Assembly (NCBI GenBank): GCA_038062835.1
Contig: JBBTWH010000033.1
Coordinates: 1-54,781, forward strand
Length of the DNA stretch: 54,781 nucleotides
DNA from: Patescibacteria group bacterium
GTDB lineage: Bacteria > Patescibacteriota > Patescibacteriia > SG8-24 > DYFX01
Direction: 5' to 3'
Made by a program: the position numbers and the translations under genes. The notes under the pieces were generated by a model. It ran no database searches. It saw only the letters and a list, made by a program, of their open reading frames with translations, and was not told the origin of the DNA. Position 1 is the first letter of the stretch, and each line of letters opens with the position of its first letter. Positions 49,166-54,781 of this stretch are shown one piece after another.

Positions 49166-52100
49166 CTAGAGCGCCGTCATCTCGACGGTGAAGTCGCAGG
49201 TCGGCTTGGTGATCTCGACGCGCCAGCCGGAGTTGAAGTCGCTGTCGACGCTGGTCATGCTGACGAACCGCACGCTTGTGCCGGCGCCCGGGACGATCTT
49301 GAGGTTGCCGGCTTTCACCGAACCGTCGGCCTGGGTCGCCGGCTGGACCGGGACCTGGACCTGGAAGATCGGCGTCACGCCGGTGCCGACGTCGCAGACG
49401 TCATGCACGCGCATGATGCTGCCCTCGTAGTGGACGTCGCGCGTCCAGGCGCGGACGTCCGCGGAGTTCCGCGAGTAGGCGGGCGTCAGCGTCGCGTGGA
49501 TGTCGATAGCGACGCCGGTGCGGGCGTACGTCATCGTCGAGGTCGATTCGTTCTGGCCGATATCCGCTCCCCCCTTCACGAAGCGGAGGACGTTGTGGTT
49601 GCCGGTCTCTTGGTGGATGCCGCTGTGCGACCAGATGTTGTTCGTCACCGAGAGCCAGCCGTTCTTGAAGAAGGTGAACGAGCCCTGGTCCTGATGTGCA
49701 TGCGACTGGTCGTACGGGCCGGCGTGGAAGGACATCCAGGAGGCGTCGGTCGCCCACGAGCTTCGGGCGAAAAGGTTGCCGGTGCCTTGCGAGAAATACT
49801 CGAGGGAGGTCGGGGCGGTGGCCGTGTCCGAGGTCGTCATGAGCGACGGGCGGCGGTTGAAGCCCGAGAGCGAGGCGACCGAGTTGTTGGCGATCCACCA
49901 CAGGCCGCGGCGAGCCTGCTCGGTGCCTGGGTTCAGGACGACAGCCTCGCGGACGAGGTTCTCCTGGTAGTCGTAGAGGTCGGGATGCGAAACGCGGGAC
50001 TGGTCGCCGATCGGGGCGAAGCGGTCGCGGGTCGGGACGGTCGCGTGGACCCAGAAGTCGATGGTGTCCTTGGCGTGCGAGGAGAGCCTCGAGAGGTCCT
50101 CCCCCGTCGAGGCCTTCCACATGCGGTAGTCCTCGAACAGGTTCTTGTGGGCGGTGCCGTAGCCCGTGCCTTCGCGGCTGCCGCCGCCCGGAATCTGGGC
50201 GTAGTAATCGGCGAGCTGGGGCCATTTGTTGTCCTGGAGGAAGTCGATCCATGTCGTGCTCTTCGAAGCGAGCGCCCAGAGCTGCGTCGCCTTGATGAAG
50301 CTATAGAAGTAGTTGTTGCCCGGGTCATCGACCGACCAGCCGCTCCACGGGGCCGAGCGGGTGCCCCAAACGGCGTGCTCGTTATCCCAGACGTTGGCGA
50401 CGGCGCGCTCGGCCAACGCCGCCCAGCGCGTGCGTTGGGACGCAGTCAGGCGGTCGTAACCGCGGTCGTAAGCGAAGGCGATCTCTTCGATGTAGTCGCC
50501 TACTTCGAGATACGAGTCTCCGGCCAACTCCGGATTGCGGCCGGCGGCGATGTCGGCTTCAGCTTCGGCGACCATGGCGTCGACGTCGCGAATGGCGCTC
50601 GTGATGTAGTTCTCTTGACCAGTCAGCGCGTACATCACGACGGCGTCGGACGGCGTATAGCCGTAGCCGGCGTTCCCCGAAACGGCCTGGTCCACGAAAC
50701 TCTTGAAGCTGGCGTAGCCCGGCGAGGACGCGCTGAAGTCCGTGAGCGCGATATAGGGCCGATTGGAGGGAAGATGATAGGTGTAGCCGGGGTAGACCGA
50801 GCCGGGCGGCGGAATCGGCGGTGGCGTGGTCGGCGGCGTGCAGGATTGCGAGGTGGCCGGGCTCGGGGTCGAAACGCCCGGGCAATCATCGGTCATCGTG
50901 CAGGTGCGCGTCTGCGTGCCGGAAGCCGAACAGGTGCCGTACGTCGTGCATGTCCAGGTGTCGGCGGTGCAGGAAGGCGGCGGGGTGCCAGTTCCTGCGC
51001 CGAGGTTCTTGTCGGCGTTGATGCTCGGAGCGGAATTCAGCTCACTCTGGACGTTATAGTCGCTCGAGGAATTCACCGCCGCGCCCATCGCGTAATTTAC
51101 GAAGAAGGCGTCCGGGATGTCGTCGATGGTGGTGGCCCAAGCGGAACCGTACAGCGAAGCGGCCACGGCTTCGGAGGCGAGCGGCCGGAGGATGCCGCCG
51201 CGCGAGACGGCGTAGACCTTCGGATCGGTGTCGATCTTGATCATCCGCGAACCCGGGCGGTACGTGACATTGCCGCCGATCGCGATGGCGGCCATCTCGG
51301 AAGCGGTGACGGTCTGGACGCCCGAAAAATCCGCGTACCAGGTACGGAACGTCCGTTCGTTCGGGAAGACGTAGCGCTTACCGTCGGCCGCGAGGTAATA
51401 GACGGCCGGGTGGTCGCCGCGCTTGATGAGCGTGCCGGAAGGATACGTCGTGGATGGAGGCGCCGTGGTCGGCGGCGTGCAGGATTGGGCGGTGGCCGGG
51501 CTCGGGGTCGAAACGCCCGGGCAATCATCGGTCATCGTGCAGGTGCGCGTCTGCGTGCCGGAAGCGGAGCACGCGCTGAAGGCGGTGCAAGACCAGGCGT
51601 CGGCGGTGCAGACGGTCGGAGGGGTGCAAGATTGAGTCGTCGCCGGGCTCGGCGTCGTCACGCTCGCGCAGTCGTCCGTCATCGTGCAGGTGCGCGTCTG
51701 GGTGCCGCTCAAAGAGCAGGCGCCGTACGAAGTGCAGTTCCAGGTGTCGGCGGAGCAGGAAGGAGGCGGCGGCGTGCTCGCACCGGGCTGGACGACGTAG
51801 AAATGCGCGTCGTCGACGGTGGCGGTGAGCGTACCGCCGTCATCGAGCTTGAATTGCGGGAAAGTGTAGTCGAGTCGCAGGCCGTCCGTGTCGGTCGTCA
51901 GGAATACTTCGACGACGGACGAGGGACTCACGGGATAGTCCTGGCAGGTCGAGCGGGGGTTGCCCGTCTGGAAGTACGCGATCGAGCAGACCTGCAGCTT
52001 CCGGTCGGAGGCGGAAGCGGCATCGACGCGGACTTTCGCGGAAAAACTGACGGAATCGGCGAGCGGCCCGCCGTCCCAGGGATAATCCTTCCACAAGCTG

Positions 52101-52369
52101 ACGCGGCCGTAGGCGTTCAGGTCCACTTTGAGGCTGGCGAAGCCGCTGATGGGATTCGTCGTCGTGCGGGAAACAGCGCCGTCCTGAGGATACGCCGGCG
52201 CGAAACCGAGCGGGGCGGAGGCGTCCTCGAAACCGGTATTGGTGATGATGTCGACCATCTCGTACCCCGAAGGTACCGTGGGCACGGCGGCTGCGGCGGA
52301 AAAAGGCGAACTCGCGACGCTGGAGGCGACGAAGAGGCCGAGGACGAGGAACTTGAGGAAGTTTTTCAT
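49166..52369 (-). CDS. Secreted multidomain polysaccharide lyase candidate: CBM-like N-domain, three TSR-like 6-Cys modules, a conserved VYYL..DGKRYVFPN domain, and a C-terminal alginate-lyase/heparinase II/III-like catalytic region
   Basis: 1,067 aa. Signal peptide MKNFLKFLVLGLFVASSVASS. C-terminal HAGPYDQSHAHQDQGSFTFFKNGW matches the heparinase II/III-like His motif. An alpha/alpha-toroid-like region (aa ~540-860) precedes it. Confidence 0.7.
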   Translation of the reverse strand: MKNFLKFLVLGLFVASSVASSPFSAAAAVPTVPSGYEMVDIITNTGFEDASAPLGFAPAYPQDGAVSRTTTNPISGFASLKVDLNAYGRVSLWKDYPWDGGPLADSVSFSAKVRVDAASASDRKLQVCSIAYFQTGNPRSTCQDYPVSPSSVVEVFLTTDTDGLRLDYTFPQFKLDDGGTLTATVDDAHFYVVQPGASTPPPPSCSADTWNCTSYGACSLSGTQTRTCTMTDDCASVTTPSPATTQSCTPPTVCTADAWSCTAFSACSASGTQTRTCTMTDDCPGVSTPSPATAQSCTPPTTAPPSTTYPSGTLIKRGDHPAVYYLAADGKRYVFPNERTFRTWYADFSGVQTVTASEMAAIAIGGNVTYRPGSRMIKIDTDPKVYAVSRGGILRPLASEAVAASLYGSAWATTIDDIPDAFFVNYAMGAAVNSSSDYNVQSELNSAPSINADKNLGAGTGTPPPSCTADTWTCTTYGTCSASGTQTRTCTMTDDCPGVSTPSPATSQSCTPPTTPPPIPPPGSVYPGYTYHLPSNRPYIALTDFSASSPGYASFKSFVDQAVSGNAGYGYTPSDAVVMYALTGQENYITSAIRDVDAMVAEAEADIAAGRNPELAGDSYLEVGDYIEEIAFAYDRGYDRLTASQRTRWAALAERAVANVWDNEHAVWGTRSAPWSGWSVDDPGNNYFYSFIKATQLWALASKSTTWIDFLQDNKWPQLADYYAQIPGGGSREGTGYGTAHKNLFEDYRMWKASTGEDLSRLSSHAKDTIDFWVHATVPTRDRFAPIGDQSRVSHPDLYDYQENLVREAVVLNPGTEQARRGLWWIANNSVASLSGFNRRPSLMTTSDTATAPTSLEYFSQGTGNLFARSSWATDASWMSFHAGPYDQSHAHQDQGSFTFFKNGWLSVTNNIWSHSGIHQETGNHNVLRFVKGGADIGQNESTSTMTYARTGVAIDIHATLTPAYSRNSADVRAWTRDVHYEGSIMRVHDVCDVGTGVTPIFQVQVPVQPATQADGSVKAGNLKIVPGAGTSVRFVSMTSVDSDFNSGWRVEITKPTCDFTVEMTAL
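50828..50974 (-). repeat. Third TSR-like 6-Cys module (aa 466-514), 213 aa downstream of module 2
   Basis: CTADTWTCTTYGTCSASGTQTRTCTMTDDCPGVSTPSPATSQSC. Nucleotides 50826-50848 and 50853-50926 are identical to 51465-51487 and 51492-51565. Confidence 0.9.
51467..51760 (-). repeat. Two tandem TSR-like 6-Cys modules (aa 204-301)
   Basis: CSADTWNCTSYGACSLSGTQTRTCTMTDDCASVTTPSPATTQSC and CTADAWSCTAFSACSASGTQTRTCTMTDDCPGVSTPSPATAQSC. Confidence 0.85.
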
Positions 52370-52412
52370 TGACGCTGTGAGCGGCGAGACGCCTTGTTAA
52401 TCATGAAGCGGA

Positions 52413-52441
52413 ATCATAGCAGGAGAGTCCCCGCATATCAA
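52413..52441 (-). promoter_or_regulatory. Strong sigma70-type promoter of the lyase gene
   Basis: Minus strand TTGATA (52441-52436), 17 nt, TATGAT (52418-52413). Confidence 0.6.
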
Positions 52442-52491
52442 CGATGACGTATCGATCATCAGAAACTTACGGTGGATATCTTCCGTCGGGA

Positions 52492-52523
52492 CAAAAAGCC
52501 CCGCCTGATGGCGAGGCTTTTTC
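52492..52523 (-). terminator. Intrinsic terminator after hisS
   Basis: Stem AAAGCCCCGCC (52495-52505) / GGCGAGGCTTT (52510-52520), with a G-U pair on the minus strand, followed there by TTTTGTCCC. Confidence 0.75.
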
Positions 52524-52524
52524 C

Positions 52525-54054
52525 TTATTCGTCTCCCTTTTTCTTCTTGCCCTTCTTCCCTTCTTCGGCCGGCTCTTCCGGCTCCTCTTCCTTCAGGAGA
52601 GGCTCTTCGGCCAGGAGGGGGTCTTCGATGGCGGGGGCGGGCGGGGGCGGGGCTTTCGGAGGCGCGGGCATGGCGAGCTTGCGCTTGAGTTCGGCGGCGC
52701 ACTTCTTGAAGTCCAGGATCTCCTGGATGCCCGAGTCCATGTCGCGGATGAGGGCGGTGCCGTCGAGCACTTCCTTCTGTCCGAGGATGACGGTGAAGCG
52801 GACGCCCATGCGATTGGCGATCTCGAGCTGTTGCTTGAGCGCGTCGCGCGAGAAGCTTTCGGCCACCTTCACGCCGTCCTTGCGGAGGGCGTTGAAGAGC
52901 GCGAGCGTCTTGCGGCGCGCGGGTTCGCCGAGCTGTGCGACGAAGACTTCCGGCTGATTGAGGTCCTGCACGGCCACCTGCTTCTCCTTCAGTCGCAGGA
53001 TGACGCGCTCGATGCCCCACGAGAAGCCGCAAGCCGCGGTCGGCTGGCCCCCGAGCGTCTCGATGAGCGCGTCGTAGCGGCCGCCGGCCGCGAGGGCGGT
53101 CTGGCTGCCGGGCTTGTCGGCGTCTTCGGCGCCGACGACCTCGAAGACGGTGTGGCCGTAGTAGTCGAGCCCGCGCACGAGGTGCGGTTGGAGCTGGTAC
53201 GGGACCTCGAGCTCATCGAGGTACTCGAGCACGCGGATGAAGTGGTTCTTGGATTCCTCGTTCAGGAAATCGACGATCTGCGGCGCCTCGGCCTTCACGG
53301 CCGCGCAGCCCTCTTCCTTGCAGTCGAGGACGCGCATCGGGTTGCGCTGGAGGCGCTTCTTGCAGTTCTCGCAGATGTGCGAGCGCTTGGAGCGGTAGTA
53401 CGTCACGAGCTGCTCCTTGAACGCTTCGCGCGAGGCCGCGTCGCCGATGGAGTTGACCATCACGACGGCGTCGAGGCCGACGTCCTTGAAGAGGGAGTAG
53501 GCGGCGAAGATGAGATTGGCGTCGATGACCGGATGGCGGTCGCCGAAGACGTCGAGGCCGGCCTGGGTGAACTGGCGGTAGCGTCCGGCCTGCGGGCGCT
53601 CATGGCGGAAGACCTGTCCCCAGGTGAACCACTTGATCGGCTGCGGATGGTTCCACATCCCATGATTGATGTAGGCGCGGGCGAGCGGAGCGGTCAGTTC
53701 CGGACGGAGCGTCATCGACTCCCCTCCCTGGTCGACGAAGCTGAACATCTCCTTCTCGACGATGTCGGTCTGCTTGCCGACGCCGCGGACGAAGAGCGCC
53801 GTCTCCTCGAGTACCGGCGTGTCGACGCGATCGAAACCGAACGACGAGGCGATATGCTCGGCGGCGCCGCGGACGAGCGCCCAGTATTTCTGGTCGCCTG
53901 GAAGGATGTCCTTCATGCCGCGCAAAAGATTGGGCGCGGGGGCGGTGCGCTTCGGCTTGGGCAGGACCTCTTCCGCCGTCGTTCCGGTAGGTTTGACGGG
54001 TTTTTCCGCAGTCGGCTTGACGGGGGCGGCGGGCTTTTTGACTGTCTTCGGCAT
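52525..54054 (-). CDS. hisS: Histidyl-tRNA synthetase with Lys/Pro-rich N-terminal and Pro/Glu/Lys-rich C-terminal extensions
   Basis: Class II motifs (RGMKDILP, LRPELTAPLAR, FRHERPQAGRYRQF, GGRYD). About 42 extra aa at the N-terminus and about 55 at the C-terminus. Confidence 0.9.
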   Translation of the reverse strand: MPKTVKKPAAPVKPTAEKPVKPTGTTAEEVLPKPKRTAPAPNLLRGMKDILPGDQKYWALVRGAAEHIASSFGFDRVDTPVLEETALFVRGVGKQTDIVEKEMFSFVDQGGESMTLRPELTAPLARAYINHGMWNHPQPIKWFTWGQVFRHERPQAGRYRQFTQAGLDVFGDRHPVIDANLIFAAYSLFKDVGLDAVVMVNSIGDAASREAFKEQLVTYYRSKRSHICENCKKRLQRNPMRVLDCKEEGCAAVKAEAPQIVDFLNEESKNHFIRVLEYLDELEVPYQLQPHLVRGLDYYGHTVFEVVGAEDADKPGSQTALAAGGRYDALIETLGGQPTAACGFSWGIERVILRLKEKQVAVQDLNQPEVFVAQLGEPARRKTLALFNALRKDGVKVAESFSRDALKQQLEIANRMGVRFTVILGQKEVLDGTALIRDMDSGIQEILDFKKCAAELKRKLAMPAPPKAPPPPAPAIEDPLLAEEPLLKEEEPEEPAEEGKKGKKKKGDE

Positions 54055-54077
54055 GCGAGCGGTGTAGTTGCTTAGGA

Positions 54078-54704
54078 TTACGGGGCGCTGAACACGGTGG
54101 CGCGGTCGAGGGGCCAGCCGCGGATCCAGACGCGTCCGACGACGTTCTTGGAGGGGAGGGGTCCGAATGTCCTCGAGTCGAGGCTGGCGGTGCGGTTGTC
54201 GCCCATGACGAAGTATTCGTCGGAAGCGAGGGTGACCGTCTTGTCGCCGTGCGTGATGGCGTCCGGACTCAGGTACGCGCTCTCGTCGAGGGTGAAACCG
54301 TCCGGATGCTCGGCGTTCGTGACGATGATCTTGCTGTCCGACACGCGCACTGTCTCGCCGGGCATTCCGACGATGCGCTTGATGAAATACTGGCGCGGAT
54401 CGAGCGGATAGCGGAACACCACGACCTCGCCGCGCTCCGGCTGGCGGAGCCGATAACTCAGCTCGTCGATGATCAGGTACTCGTGGTCGTCGAAGGTCGG
54501 CTCCATCGAGGCCCCCTTGACGTAGAACGGCTGGATCAGGAAGTAGCGGATCGGCAAAATGATGGCGAGCGAGATCACGACGATCTCGACCAGCTCCAGC
54601 GCGAACCGACCGATCGATCCGAGCAGCGACGAAGTCTCTCCGTCTCCTGGCATCGCCGGTCCGGGAGGGACTGCCGGAATGACGGGCTGTGGGGTGTTTT
54701 CCAT
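54078..54704 (-). CDS. lepB: Signal peptidase I
   Basis: GASMEPT (Ser box), RGEVVVFRYP, GDNRTASLDSR motifs. Start trimmed to ATG 54704 because the longer ORF would overlap the tRNA. Confidence 0.85.
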   Translation of the reverse strand: MENTPQPVIPAVPPGPAMPGDGETSSLLGSIGRFALELVEIVVISLAIILPIRYFLIQPFYVKGASMEPTFDDHEYLIIDELSYRLRQPERGEVVVFRYPLDPRQYFIKRIVGMPGETVRVSDSKIIVTNAEHPDGFTLDESAYLSPDAITHGDKTVTLASDEYFVMGDNRTASLDSRTFGPLPSKNVVGRVWIRGWPLDRATVFSAP

Positions 54705-54725
54705 GGAAAAGCGGGAATGGCGACG

Positions 54726-54781
54726 TGGTGGACGTTGGTGGGATCGAACCACCGACCTCTGTCGTGTGAGGACAGCGCTCT
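54726..54781 (-). tRNA. tRNA-Val (anticodon CAC), 3' portion; the 5' end lies beyond the window
   Basis: Reverse complement reads AGAGCGC-TGTCC-TCACACG.. : anticodon arm CTGTC-CTCACAC-GACAG, variable AGGTC, T-arm GGTGG-TTCGATC-CCACC, acceptor AACGTCC, A, CCA ending at 54726. Confidence 0.8.

Noticed and set aside
50826-51760. Diversity-generating retroelement (template/variable repeat pair) suggested by near-identical repeats in a surface protein gene
   Set aside because: No reverse transcriptase gene is present in the window. The repeats are in-frame domain duplicates. The differences between copies are not restricted to adenine positions but include all base changes plus indel-like divergence.
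1-54781. Genomic island or integrative element suggested by tRNA genes at both window edges and in the middle
   Set aside because: I saw no integrase, transposase, recombinase or phage genes, no direct repeats of tRNA 3' ends, and no obvious compositional break. Housekeeping genes (suf, infC, ftsZ, hisS, lepB) are interspersed throughout.

Overview
High-GC (visually about 65%) bacterial chromosomal segment, densely coded and mostly transcribed on the minus strand in long, tightly coupled operons. I saw no transposase, integrase, CRISPR array or rRNA.

Gene content, left to right:
- tRNA 3' fragment.
- Type IV pilus (T4P) operon: pilB, pilC, two pseudopilins, a PilX-like beta-helix protein, pilM, pilN, pilO, and a small TM protein.
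- Divergent transglutaminase-like gene.
- SLT-type lytic transglycosylase.
- Two membrane proteins.
- Complete Rrf2-sufB-sufD-sufS-sufU-sufC-sufT operon.
- Small orphan genes and a YibE/F membrane protein.
- infC-rpmI-rplT.
- Acidic coiled-coil/Zn-knuckle repeat protein plus a membrane protein.
- Two-gene operon of unknown function.
- tRNA-Asp(GTC) with a long structured leader.
- Thioredoxin-like gene plus an unannotated 53-aa Zn-ribbon ORF.
- nrdR-htrA-pyk-histidine kinase operon.
- ftsZ, ftsA, dgkA, ybeY.
- A ~13.5 kb cell-surface module, described below.
- yqeY and rpsU.
- A 1,067-aa secreted heparinase II/III-like polysaccharide lyase with TSR-like Cys modules.
- hisS, lepB and a partial tRNA-Val(CAC).

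The cell-surface module contains two TSP3-repeat proteins, an FN3 protein, a 3,202-aa giant protein and a 593-aa paralogue.

Most notable: the giant protein has a TrbC/VirB2-type (T4SS-pilin-like) membrane N-terminus, Ig/IPT domains, two blocks of CGNG...C..C cysteine-rich repeats, an embedded type IV pilin head-like domain and a C-terminal vWA domain. It is translationally coupled to a paralogue with the same N-terminus. The whole module sits inside the otherwise conserved rpsU-yqeY ... ybeY-dgkA housekeeping context.

Gene content and domain types (T4SS-pilin-type N-termini, T4P, giant adhesin, polysaccharide lyase) suggest a Patescibacteria/CPR-like or similarly surface-attached lifestyle. 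That is inference only. All domain calls rest on motif recognition by eye; no searches were run.
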